Notes: generated by a model not told the origin, from the letters alone. A DNA stretch of 50,814 bases from Octopus bimaculoides (GCF_001194135.2 NC_068996.1:25536166-25586979), one strand, 5' to 3'. Counted from the stretch's first letter, positions 1 through 10,185 are shown. Numbers and translations: made by a program.

Positions 1-39
1 AAAAGTATATATTAGTATGACGCTCGGGAATACGGAAAG

Positions 40-76
40 TCTTTGACGTTTCGAGCTACGCTCTTCAACAGAAAGA
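40..76 (-). ncRNA. Minimal type I hammerhead-like motif (variant core CUGUUGA) in a probable Penelope-like tail
   Basis: Minus strand reads TCTTT-CTGTTGA-A-GAGC-gta-GCTC-GAAA-CGT-C-AAAGA: stem I 5 bp, stem II 4 bp, palindromic ACGT stem III, GUC cleavage triplet. A6 is replaced by U. Confidence 0.6.
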
Positions 77-134
77 ATACGGAGACAAGGAGAAAAACAC
101 GGAGAAAAAAAATTGAATAGTGTTCAGTCAACGG

Positions 135-347
135 TCAATCATATATATATAAACAAATAGTAAATGAGTATATACATATATATGTACAGGTATGTGCATA
201 CCGACATCCACCTGTATGTATAGGTGCATATCTGGGTACAGGACATTGCAAACAAAACAGAGACAGGAAACACACAAGCCACATAAAGAACATTCTACTT
301 CATCAGCTACCTCGGTTTTTAACACCGGCGTTTCAAAGAGCTAGGCA
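135..347 (-). repeat. Dispersed repeat family A, copy 1 (possible PLE-derived 3' tail)
   Basis: Near-identical to 24250-24460 and related to 13560-13830 (shared gtgcataccgacatccacctgtatgtataggtgcatatctgggtacagg...cttcatcagc...ggcgtttc). Confidence 0.7.
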
Positions 348-361
348 ATATATATATATAT

Positions 362-516
362 ACGACAGGCTCCTTTCAGTTTCTGTCTGCCAAATTCACT
401 TACAAGGCTCTGGTCAGCCTGAGGCTATAGTAGAAGACACTTGCCCAAGGTGCCATGCAGTGGAACTGAACCCAGAATCATGTGGTTGGTAAACAAGTTA
501 CTCACCACACAGCCAT
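362..516 (-). mobile_element. tRNA-derived SINE family 1, 5' half
   Basis: Reverse complement of head TGGCTGTGTGGT...GGGTTCAGT...GGCACCTTGGGCAAGTGTCTTCTACTATAGCC, seen more than 10 times in the window. Confidence 0.85.
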
Positions 517-809
517 AATTTCATGAGCAGGCAGTTCCATTGATTGGATCAACTAGAACCCTTGTCATTGAAACTGATGGAGTCCTAGTTGCATCAGTTT
601 GTTCATCGATCAAACCGTTTTTAAGTATTTGATTAATGTAATAGATTTTTGTGTGTGATTTGTGTATTTCCGTTTGGAGTATTTTTTGGTATATTTGCTG
701 TATTGCATTTGTGCCTTATTCTTTTATAGTATGGCTCCACTGGTCTATTAGAATAGCCAGAACAAATAGAATAAATAGAACTCAGTGCATAAATATCTTT
801 TGTTGTATA

Positions 810-1300
810 TCTTATACTTGTTTCAATCATTCGACTCTTGTCATGCTGGGACATCACCTTGAAGGGTTTTAGTTGAGTGAATCGACCCTGGCACTTATTG
901 TTTTTTAAAGCCTGGTATTTATTATATTGGTCTTGCTTACTGAACTGCTAAATTATGGGGTTGCAAACAAGTACCAGTTGGCAAGCAGTGCTGGAAGACA
1001 AGTGCATGCGTGCGCGTGCACACACACACACACACACACAAACACACACATGACAGGCTTCTTTTGGTTTTTGTCTACCAAATCCACTCACAAAACTTTG
1101 GTCTGCCTGGGTCTGTAGTAGATTTTTAGGATAGTGGATGAGGTGAAGCAAACACCAGGTACCTAATAGGAACGGTTAAGTTCAGCTGTGAATTCTCTAT
1201 TCTACTTACACAGTAGAAGATACCTGCCCAAGGTGTTATTCAGTGGGACTGGAAAGAACCATGTGCTTGGTAAGCAAACTTCTTACCACACTGCCATGCC
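810..1300 (-). mobile_element. SINE family 1, near full length, with internal (CA)n and an 89-bp insertion at 1123-1211
   Basis: Matches head and tail of the copies at 33060-33493 and 35243-35650. Confidence 0.8.
1123..1211 (+). repeat. Short unclassified ~90-bp element inserted into a SINE
   Basis: Flanked by AGTAGA direct repeats (1117-1122, 1212-1217). A diverged inverted copy lies at 2717-2807. Confidence 0.6.
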
Positions 1301-1394
1301 TATAACTATGCATATATTTAAAAAAAAATTTTATTCATCAGAAATTAATGAGATTGACTTAAATGCTGAGAGTTCCATGTATGTGGCATGTAAA

Positions 1395-1640
1395 AAAACA
1401 CCTTTTGAGCGTAGTTGTTGCCAGAACCGCCTGACTGGCCCTCATGCTGGTGGCACGTAAAAAGCACCCACTACACTCTTGGAGTGGTTGGCATTAGGAA
1501 GGGCATCCAGCTGTAGAAACTTTGCCAGATCAGATTGAGCCTGGTGCAGCCTTCTGGCTCACCAGTCCTCAGTCAAACCATCCAACTCATGCCAGCATGG
1601 AAAGCAGATGTTAAACTACGACGATGACGATGACGATGAT
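1395..1640 (+). mobile_element. RTE LINE 3' UTR fragment ending in (GAT/GAC)n
   Basis: GGAAGGGCATCCAGCTGTAGAAAC...CATGGAAAGCAGATGTTAAAC-(GAC/GAT)n. The same tail is contiguous with an RTE ORF at 44095-45212. Confidence 0.8.
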
Positions 1641-1654
1641 GAGGATGATGATGA

Positions 1655-2027
1655 TGATGATATATATATTGTTGTTGGCACTTCATCGCTTATGACGTCG
1701 AGGGTTCCTGTTGATCCGATCAACGGAACAGCCTGCTCGTGAAATTAACATGCAAGTGGCTGAGCACTCCACAGACACATGTACCCTTAACGTAGTTCTC
1801 AGGGATAATCAGCATGACACAGTGTGACAAGGCTGACCCTTTGAATTGCAGGCACAACAGAAACAGGAAGTAAGAGTGTGAGAAGATTGTGGTGGAAGAG
1901 TACAGCAGGGTTGGCCACCATCCCCTGCCGGAGCCTCGTGGAGCTTTAGGTGTTTTCGCTCAATAAACACTCACAACACCCGGTCTGGGAATCGAAACCA
2001 CGATCCTATGACCGTGAGTCCGCTGCC
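1655..2027 (-). mobile_element. tRNA-derived SINE family 3
   Basis: Minus strand has B-box-like GGTTTCGATTCC, body shared with 29345-29670, and an (AAC)n tail. Confidence 0.75.
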
Positions 2028-2269
2028 NNNNNNNNNNNNNNNNNNNNNNNNNNNNNNNNNNNNNNNNNNNNNNNNNNNNNNNNNNNNNNNNNNNNNNNNN
2101 NNNNNNNNNNNNNNNNNNNNNNNNNNNNNNNNNNNNNNNNNNNNNNNNNNNNNNNNNNNNNNNNNNNNNNNNNNNNNNNNNNNNNNNNNNNNNNNNNNNN
2201 NNNNNNNNNNNNNNNNNNNNNNNNNNNNNNATATATATATATATATATATATATATACTCTTCTAATTT

Positions 2270-2480
2270 TTGCTCTTCTACTTTTTCTACTCATCGGGCA
2301 ACATTCATGCTGGTACACCATCTTTGAAGGGCTTAGTTAAACAAGTCAACCTCACTTGACTTATTTTTCCTACAAATGTCATACTTATATGATCAACCAC
2401 TTTTTGCCAAACTGCTAAATTATGGGTATGCAAATAAACCAATAATGGTTATCAAGTAATAAGGGGACAAACATAAACTC
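2270..2480 (-). mobile_element. SINE family 1, 3' half
   Basis: Degenerate match to the family 1 tail (catgctgg...ccatctttgaaggg...gccaaactgctaa). Confidence 0.6.
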
Positions 2481-2617
2481 AATGATTGATGCATAACTAC
2501 AAACATGCACACGTGTGAGTGTGAGTATGTGTGAGAGTGAGTGTACATCTGTGTGTAACTGCATTTGTGTATGTACAAAGAAGGAGAGTGAGTGAAAGGG
2601 AAAAAGAGAGAGTGAGA

Positions 2618-2688
<71 letters not shown>

Positions 2689-2716
2689 CATGGTAGAGGG
2701 AGATGTGTGCTTTAAT

Positions 2717-2807
2717 GTGTTAGTAGAATGGAGAATTCACAGTTAGACTTAACTATTCCTAATGTGTATGTGATGTTTGCTTCACCTCGTCCACCACCTT
2801 AAAAATC
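2717..2807 (-). repeat. Second copy of the ~90-bp unclassified element
   Basis: Reverse complement aligns to 1121-1211 (shared gaggtgaagcaaaca, taggaa, gttaagt, ctgtgaattctc, attctac). Confidence 0.6.
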
Positions 2808-3048
2808 AACCAAAAAAAACAAAATAAAATAAAATAAAAATGTATAAATGAAAGAAAAAGTAAAAGGAAGACAAGGAAAAGGAAAACATTGAAAATGTAA
2901 AAAATCAATGAAATCAAAGAATATAAATTGGAAAAAGAAAATAGGTAAAACGTAGATCAAAAAAGGAAAAGGAAAGCAAAAAAGAAAAAAAGAAATAAAA
3001 TAAAGCTTAAACAAAAAAAAAAAGTAGAAAAAGAAAGAAATTTCTCAC

Positions 3049-3091
3049 CTGTTTTGAAACAGAGGAGAAGAATGACAATCCATAGTTCCAT
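3049..3091 (-). CDS. Putative first coding exon of a secreted or membrane protein: signal peptide MELWIVILLLCFKT(G), phase 1 donor; whole exon 3049-3125
   Basis: Acceptor attatattccttacag before 3125, upstream in-frame TAG, Kozak-like AAAACTATGG, hydrophobic core WIVILLLCF, donor CAG|gtgaga. The sequence is non-repetitive. Confidence 0.65.
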
Positions 3092-3429
3092 AGTTTTAAT
3101 TCTTGAAGAGTAACAATTCTAATTTCTGTAAGGAATATAATGAGGATCTAGAGTAATGTTTGACTAGTTGAATATTTTTCTCCTCACAAAGTATGAAAGA
3201 GATTTATGGTACTTGCCACTTTCCCTCACTGTCTCTGTCTGTCTTTCTTTTACTCTTTCTCTCTCCTCCTCTGTAACCCTCTCTGTAATTCTCTCTTTTG
3301 CATTCACACTATTTCTCTCACCCTCTCTCCCTCCCTGTCTTCCCCCCACCGTTTCTTTATCTTAGTTTCTTCTTCAATGCTTCATTCTTTTCACTTTCCT
3401 TTCTATTGTTGGCCTGACAAAATATTGTA

Positions 3430-3503
3430 CACATACATACATACACACATGCATATATATATGTATTTATGTATATGTATGTATGTGTGTGTGTATGTGT
3501 GTG

Positions 3504-3559
<56 letters not shown>

Positions 3560-3910
3560 TATACATATGTATATATATATGTGTACGTGTGTATATATAT
3601 ATTGGTATATATATACATATATATATAGGTATATATACATATACACATAGGTGTGTATATATATATATATATATAGGTGTATATATGTATATAGGTGTAT
3701 ATATATATATATATAGGTGTATATATATATAGGTGTGTGCATGAATAACTATATGTATGTGCATATACATACATACACATATATACATGTGTGTGTATAT
3801 CATCATCATCATCATCATATATATATACATACACATACACATGTACACACACATACACACGCACACATATTTACACATATATGTGTAAGTATGCATGTAT
3901 ACATGTATAC
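3430..3910. repeat. Compound (TA)/(TG)/(TATG) microsatellite
   Basis: Directly visible simple repeats. Confidence 0.95.
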
Positions 3911-5009
3911 AAGTATCTATGTAGAAACTTCACTGTGAAAACAGTTATAATCACCTTTGTTTAATGTTGTAGCATTGTCAAATGAATTAAACTAAATCAT
4001 TGTTATATAGGCTATAAAAGGATTTGTGTTAAATTGGTGGCAAGTTGTATAAGTAAAGAAATGTTTTTGGTTTGTTTTGTTTTTCTGCGGGAATTTAGTT
4101 GTTTGACTTTGGAAAGCAGAATGGAACTGTTAAGTAAACACATGAGCACACTCACTTTTGTACACACACACACACACACGCGCACATACACACACACACA
4201 CACATGCACACACATACATACGTACATACACACACACATACATACATACATACATACATGCATATACACATACATACATACATTGCATGCATACATACAT
4301 ATGTTTACACACACACACAGATAGATAGATAGATAGATAGATAAACTCAAAGAAAGATAAATCGACAGGTAGAGAAAAAGATAGATTGGTAGATAGGTAA
4401 GGAAATGGATAGCTAGAAAGATATAAATATATGTACAAGTTGAAACTTGCTGACACACTGTTCTTTGCAATCTTTAATAAGAATTGCGTGGCAAAGATAG
4501 AGTCTGCATTGCTTTTTTTCGCTTCCAGTCAGTTTATGATGTTATTGTTGGAACTGTTGTTGTTTTTGTGGACACAACTCAGCTCTTGATAAATTAACAC
4601 TCAAAACTCAAAATTAATTAGAGTTTACTTATCAAAGTTTATCCCCACCGACACCTACTCTCTACCACCCAGTGTTCACCCCCCCCCTGTATTTCTATCT
4701 TCCAAACTGGTGGTCATATGATTCTTTTTCATAATCCCTGGGGACAGACCATTAATTTATACTTACAAACTAACAGATTCTACCCACCCACCTCACACTG
4801 ACTCATTTGTGATAATATACCACCTGCACCTGTCCACCCCCACCACTGAACTGCCTTTTTAGCTGTATGTCTTCCTCTATTCTCTTCTCATGTTCTCACC
4901 ACCACCACCACCACCATATCGTAGTAATCTACCACCTTCAGGTGACTGCCACTGACAAGTTCATTCTGGTCTTTTTAGTATTAGGAAAAAAATGTACATT
5001 ACATTTATG

Positions 5010-5340
5010 ATGATGACGATGGTAGGATGTTGGTGCTGGTGGTGCTGGTGTTGGTGATGGTGACCGTGGTGGTGGTGTTGTTGTTGTTGTTGTGGTGGTG
5101 GTGGTGAGTATGTGTCGTGATGGTGTTACTGTTGCTGTTGATGTTGGTGGTGATGATGACGATGGTAGGATGATGATGATGATGATGATGATACTTGGTG
5201 ATGTTGGTGTTGGCAGTGGTAGTAGCAGTGTTGGTGGTGGTGATGGCGGTGATGATAACAACAATTACAATGATGATGAGGACAATGATGATGACAGCAG
5301 TGACAATGATGATGTTGACAATGATGATTGTTGATATGAT
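5010..5340. repeat. (GGT/GAT/GTT)n low-complexity trinucleotide tract
   Basis: Directly visible. Confidence 0.9.
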
Positions 5341-5419
5341 AATGGTTAGTAAATGTTGTTATTGTTGCTTTTAAACCCAAGCAATCACTGATCAAGTAAA
5401 TCTGTCCATAAGACCTTCT

Positions 5420-6200
5420 GTGTGCTGTTGACCTAGTTCTGTGAAATATTTGGAGAAGAAATTCCAGATGTTGAAGCAAAGCCTTGAACTGAAGGGTCTT
5501 AAAGTAAATTTATCCAAGTCTAAAGTTTTGTGAAGAAGTAAAAATGGCAGGACCGTGGTATTATCAGAGTAATGGCTCTGCATGGTATGCAGAAGAGGGG
5601 CTCACAGAAATACCATATAGTGTGCCTACATAAATAAATAAATAGATAGCTTCTGTTACATTCCAGGGAGAAAAACTAGAAGTAGTTGATAGCTTCTGTT
5701 ACCTAGGTGACCAAGTCAGTAACGGAGTGGGTGAGTGGATGGGAGGATGCTCTGAAAGTGTAGCTGCTAGAATAAGAATAGCCTTGGCAAAGTTCAGAGA
5801 GCTCTTACCTCTGCTGATGACAAAGGGCCTCTCTCTCAGAGTAAAAGGTAGACTTTATGACACATGTGTACAAACAGCCATGCTACATGGCAGTGAAATA
5901 TGGGCCGTGACTGCTGAGGAAATGCGTAAGCTTGCATGCAATGTAGCAAGTATGCTCCACTGGATGTGTAATGTCAGTGTGCATACACGACAGAGTGTAA
6001 GCACCCTGAAAGAAAAGTTGAACTTAAGAAGCATCAGATATGATGTGCAAGAGAGACGACTACGCTGGTATGGTCATGTGTTGCGAATGAATGAGGACAG
6101 TTGTATGAAAAAGTGTCACACCCAAGCAGTTGAGGGAACCTGTGGAAGAAGTAGACCCAGGAAGACCTGGGATGAAGTGGTGAAACATAACCTTCAAACA
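5420..6200 (+). pseudogene. RTE-clade LINE reverse transcriptase C-terminal region, decayed
   Basis: Translation gives FCYLGD, RIRIALAKFRELLPLL, MLHGSEIW, ERRLRWYGHVLRM and RSRPRKTWDEVV, typical of the RTE RT C-terminus. Stops and a deletion occur upstream. Confidence 0.9.
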
Positions 6201-6287
6201 TGGGTTGGACGGTTTGACTGAGGACTGGCGAACCGGATGGCTGCACCAGGCTTCAATCTGATCTGGCAGAGTTTCTATACAGGAAAA
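6198..6287 (-). mobile_element. Inverted fragment of the RTE 3' UTR
   Basis: catgggttggacggtttgactgaggactgg...gagtttcta matches 15560-15645 and 44138-44220. Confidence 0.8.
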
Positions 6288-6289
6288 GC

Positions 6290-6557
6290 CTAAATTATGT
6301 GAAGTCGTTTACATATCTTGGTAGTAAAGTAAATTTGGGTGCTTCCCTTGATGATGAAATTGCCAACCATCTTGCAAAGGCAACCAACGCATTTGGTAAA
6401 CCCAGTCATCACCTATGGAATAAAAGGGGCATTAAACTTGACACCAAAATATAGGTCCATAAAGATGCCATTCTTACTACTCTCTTGTATGGCTCAGAAT
6501 CATGGATACCCTATAGATGACATTAACAAACTAGACATCACCCACAAAACTGTCTGA
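6290..6557 (+). pseudogene. RTE/BovB-like RT C-terminal fragment (second RTE family)
   Basis: Translation FTYLGSKVNLGASLDDEIANHLAKATNAFG...RGIKLDTKI*...TTLLYGSESW. Confidence 0.8.
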
Positions 6558-7149
6558 CCTTCTTACAATCCACTAAATTCTCAAATCTTCTGCCATAGTC
6601 TCACCTCTTCTGCAATATTCTCACCCTCTGAACCACCTTCTTACCCTCTCTACCATGTTCTAACTTCTCCAGTAGCCTCCTCACTCCCTCTGTTATTCTT
6701 TTCTACCTATACCATAATGGCCTCTGCTCCTTGGATCTAGATGGTCTCATGCTAACCCTACTCACTTATTTTGCCTCCTCTTATCACCTTTCTTATGTCA
6801 AACCACTCCTGGCCCTTACTAATCGCTGGCCCTTACTAATCAAACCCTTACTATGTCAAACCACTCCTGGCCCTTACTAATCCAGTCCTCTCTCACAAGA
6901 ATATTTCGCTCTCTGGAATTTCTTCCTTGCTCATATCTTTCCGGCAGGTCTTCACTTGCTGCTGTTTAGGCAGAAGAACAGAATCAATCTCAGTGGTCAG
7001 TCTCAGAGGACCAACAAACACCACAGGTGCTGTCCTTCTATCCAGACCTGACATATAGAAAGAAACAAAGTGATTGTAAGTGTAGTTGGCAAGAAATTTC
7101 TCTGCTATTTCTTGCAGATAAAACAACTGCTGATTAGCTTCCACATTGG

Positions 7150-7420
7150 CTTGCACACTCTATTGTTGTTGTTGCTGCTGCTGCTAATCAAGCCAGCATC
7201 TGATCAAAAGTATTCCAGCAATGACCATCCTGTCTTTTTAGAAGTATCATGGACTACATTATATAATGAGTCCTTTGCTTTTTTCCACAACAGTAGAGAA
7301 GTTGTTCTCAACCATTTGTTGCCAATGGACACCCTTGATTTCTATTTTACTTGGGTAAACCCTCCTAGCCATTTGATGTTTAAAAAATCTTGTTCCCTTG
7401 TCATCTTCTCACAAAAGGGA
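7150..7420 (-). repeat. Family B retroposon tail with (AAC)n end
   Basis: (ttg)n...ctgatcaaaagtattccagcaatgaccatcctgtcttt, related to the units at 29715-30670 and 33835-34040. Confidence 0.55.
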
Positions 7421-7554
7421 TGATAGGGGTTCAAGACTCCTGGCAGTTTGCTGTGCTTGAAAAGCCACATCAAGCTAAGTTAAAGTGTGGTTGCCCTTGT
7501 ATACAAGCTCATATCATGCAACCCTCTCCAGCTGAGCATCCCTAATCTTTCAGG

Positions 7555-7745
7555 CTCGTAAGTGCTGGTGCCATGTAAAAGCACCCAGTGCACTCTGTAA
7601 TGTGGTTGGCATTAGGAAGGGCGTCCAGCTGTAGAAACCATGCCAAAACAGACATGGAGACTGAACAGTCCTTCAGCTGGCCAGCTCCTGTCAAACTGTC
7701 CAACCCATGCTGGCATGGAAAATGAACATTAAATGATGTTGATGA
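7555..7745 (+). mobile_element. RTE 3' UTR fragment
   Basis: gtaaaagcaccc...ggcattaggaagggcgtccagctgtagaaacc...catggaaaatgaacattaaatgatg. Confidence 0.75.
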
Positions 7746-7848
7746 TCATGAACTAAATTTTATTCAGAAATGTAATGAAATAAATTGTTAAAATGTTTTG
7801 TACATTATTTACATTTGACGGATATTTGTCCTCATCTTGTTTGTTGTT

Positions 7849-7891
7849 AACACGTTTCGGCTGATATACCCTCCAGCCTTCATCAGGTGTC
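7849..7891 (-). ncRNA. Type I hammerhead motif, left arm, lacking 3 nt at the cleavage site
   Basis: GACAC-CTGATGA-A-GGCTG-gagggtatat-CAGCC-GAAAC-GTGTT. Confidence 0.6.
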
Positions 7892-7974
7892 TTGGGGAAT
7901 TTTTGAACCTGGGTTCTCATTCCTAATGATGTTACTATTATTATATTATTATTATTATTACTATTATTAATCAG

Positions 7975-8048
7975 GTCGCTGCTGTAAATCGAACTCGGAA
8001 TCTTGGGGTTAGTAGCCCGCGCTCTTAACCACTACGCCATATGCCCGT
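7975..8048 (-). promoter_or_regulatory. tRNA-derived module with Pol III A box and near-B box inside the PLE 3' region
   Basis: A box TGGCGTAGTGG (8039-8029) and B box GTTCGATTT (7994-7986). The right-arm copy has a perfect GTTCGATTC at 9836-9844. Confidence 0.6.
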
Positions 8049-8075
8049 GGGCAATTATGGAGTGAATTTTAGGGC

Positions 8076-8444
8076 TTATAAATCTATTATTTTTCTATCC
8101 TTCCTCAATACTGGTTCCCATATGCTATTCATATCTGCACTCGGTCTGCTTAGGAGGTTGTTGTGTCCTAGCATATGTGCTGCTTCTTTTAGTTTTCATA
8201 TTTTCCAGTGTTGTTCCCTGTCTATTATTTTAACTTCATCCCACAGGGGGAGGTGGTCTCTATTATTCCATACATGATCAGCTATACCCAATTTATCAAT
8301 ATCTCCTCGTGTCACAGCTTTGTGATGTTCTTCTACCCTTATTTTGAGGGGGCGACATGTTTCGCCTTTGTATAACCTACCACAGCTGCATGGGATGGAG
8401 TACACGCAGTTTTTGGTCATATTCTCTTCTGTTGGTGGTTTTAC
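8076..8444 (-). pseudogene. PLE GIY-YIG endonuclease C-terminal half
   Basis: VKPPTEENMTKNCVYSIPCSCGRLYKGETCRPLKIRVEEH...IADHVW...WDEVKII. A premature TGA at 8196-8198 is followed in frame by KLKEAAHM...IIDL*. Confidence 0.9.
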
Positions 8445-8794
8445 NNNNNNNNNNNNNNNNNNNNNNNNNNNNNNNNNNNNNNNNNNNNNNNNNNNNNNNN
8501 NNNNNNNNNNNNNNNNNNNNNNNNNNNNNNNNNNNNNNNNNNNNNNNNNNNNNNNNNNNNNNNNNNNNNNNNNNNNNNNNNNNNNNNNNNNNNNNNNNNN
8601 NNNNNNNNNNNNNNNNNNNNNNNNNNNNNNNNNNNNNNNNNNNNNNNNNNNNNNNNNNNNNNNNNNNNNNNNNNNNNNNNNNNNNNNNNNNNNNNNNNNN
8701 NNNNNNNNNNNNNNNNNNNNNNNNNNNNNNNNNNNNNNNNNNNNNNNNNNNNNNNNNNNNNNNNNNNNNNNNNNNNNNNNNNNNNNNNNNNNNN

Positions 8795-9326
8795 TGGACG
8801 TATTAATAACACGCACCGAGTATGGATTCAGGACATCCGTATATCGCAAGCCAACCTTCACTGGATGATACCTTAACTTCAATTCACACCATCCATACAG
8901 TGTAAAGAGAGGAATTGCTTAGTACCTAAAACATTGAGTAAAGAATATAAGTAGCGATCGTGATACCCACCACGAAGAATGATCAAGCTCAGTAACAATC
9001 TATTAAGAAACAACTACCCCAAGAACATACTATCTACTCCAATTATGAAGAAAAGAGAAGATGAAACCAATAAACTGTCTACAGTCTGTCTACCCTATGT
9101 GAAAGGCCTCTCCGAAAAGATACAAAAGATATGCAGCCCATATGACATCAGGGCAGTATTCAAGAGCAATACAACACTTCGCAAATATCTCCTTCGGGTA
9201 AAACCACCAACAGAAGAGAATATGACCAAAAACTGCGTGTACTCCATCCCATGCAGCTGTGGTAGGTTATACAAAGGCGAAACATGTCGCCCCCTCAAAA
9301 TAAGGGTAGAAGAACATCGCAAAGCT
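8795..9326 (+). pseudogene. PLE RT C-terminus/thumb plus GIY-YIG N-terminus
   Basis: DVLITRTEYGFRTSVYRKPTFTG*YLNFNSHHP...NNYPKN...LPYVKGLSEKI...CVYSIPCSCGRLYKGET. Contains in-frame stops. Confidence 0.9.
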
Positions 9327-9938
9327 NNNNNNNNNNNNNNNNNNNNNNNNNNNNNNNNNNNNNNNNNNNNNNNNNNNNNNNNNNNNNNNNNNNNNNNNNN
9401 NNNNNNNNNNNNNNNNNNNNNNNNNNNNNNNNNNNNNNNNNNNNNNNNNNNNNNNNNNNNNNNNNNNNNNNNNNNNNNNNNNNNNNNNNNNNNNNNNNNN
9501 NNNNNNNNNNNNNNNNNNNNNNNNNNNNNNNNNNNNNNNNNNNNNNNNNNNNNNNNNNNNNNNNNNNNNNNNNNNNNNNNNNNNNNNNNNNNNNNNNNNN
9601 NNNNNNNNNNNNNNNNNNNNNNNNNNNNNNNNNNNNNNNNNNNNNNNNNNNNNNNNNNNNNNNNNNNNNNNNNNNNNNNNNNNNNNNNNNNNNNNNNNNN
9701 NNNNNNNNNNNNNNNNNNNNNNNNNNNNNNNNNNNNNNNNNNNNNNNNNNNNNNNNNNNNNNNNNNNNNNNNNNNNNNNNNNNNNNNNNNNNNNNNNNNN
9801 NNNNNGAGCGCGGGCTACTAACCCCAAGATTCCGAGTTCGATTCACAGCAGCGACCTGATTAATAATAGTAATAATAATAATAATATAATAATAGTAACA
9901 TCGTTAGGAATGAGAACCCAGGTTCAAAATTTCCCCAA

Positions 9939-9984
9939 GACACCTGACGAAGGCTGGAGGGTGTATCAGCCGAAACGTTGTGTT
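9939..9984 (+). ncRNA. Intact minimal type I hammerhead ribozyme motif in the PLE right arm
   Basis: GACAC-CTGACGA-A-GGCTG-gagggtgtat-CAGCC-GAAA-CGT-T-GTGTT. Palindromic ACGT stem III, predicted cleavage after 9979 (GUU). Confidence 0.8.
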
Positions 9985-10072
9985 AACAACAAACAAGATG
10001 AGGACAAATATCTGTCAAATGTAAATAATGTAAATAATGTAAATAATTCCTCATCTCTTAAATATAGAACTG

Positions 10073-10185
10073 TAAAATGTTTTGTGTATTGTAGAAGTAT
10101 AGCCAATTTATAGCACATAAGTTTTAACAACAAAATCTTATAATATTGATTCCACAAGACCCATATGGATCCTGGTTGAGAACCA
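10073..10185 (-). mobile_element. hAT/Charlie-like MITE end, the apparent PLE insertion target
   Basis: Ends in GGTTGAGAACCACTA, related to the CAGTGGTCCTCAACC terminus at 34809. Confidence 0.55.

Larger units (their letters stand above)
7802..10072. mobile_element. Penelope-like element with inverted arms (left arm minus, right arm plus)
   Basis: 7802-8040 is the reverse complement of 9806-10030. Both arms encode the same GIY-YIG segment. The unit is flanked by the 13-bp direct repeat TAAAATGTTTTGT (7789-7801, 10073-10085). Confidence 0.9.

Noticed and set aside
6790-6885. Local duplication of tatgtcaaaccactcctggcccttactaatc (similar case at 34050-34130)
   Set aside because: Ordinary short slippage duplications with no spacer structure, so not CRISPR-like.
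7975-8048. Possible tRNA gene (also SINE heads at 29830, 33060 and 46800)
   Set aside because: Acceptor and T stems do not pair properly and the segments are embedded in repeats, so they are tRNA-derived rather than tRNA genes.
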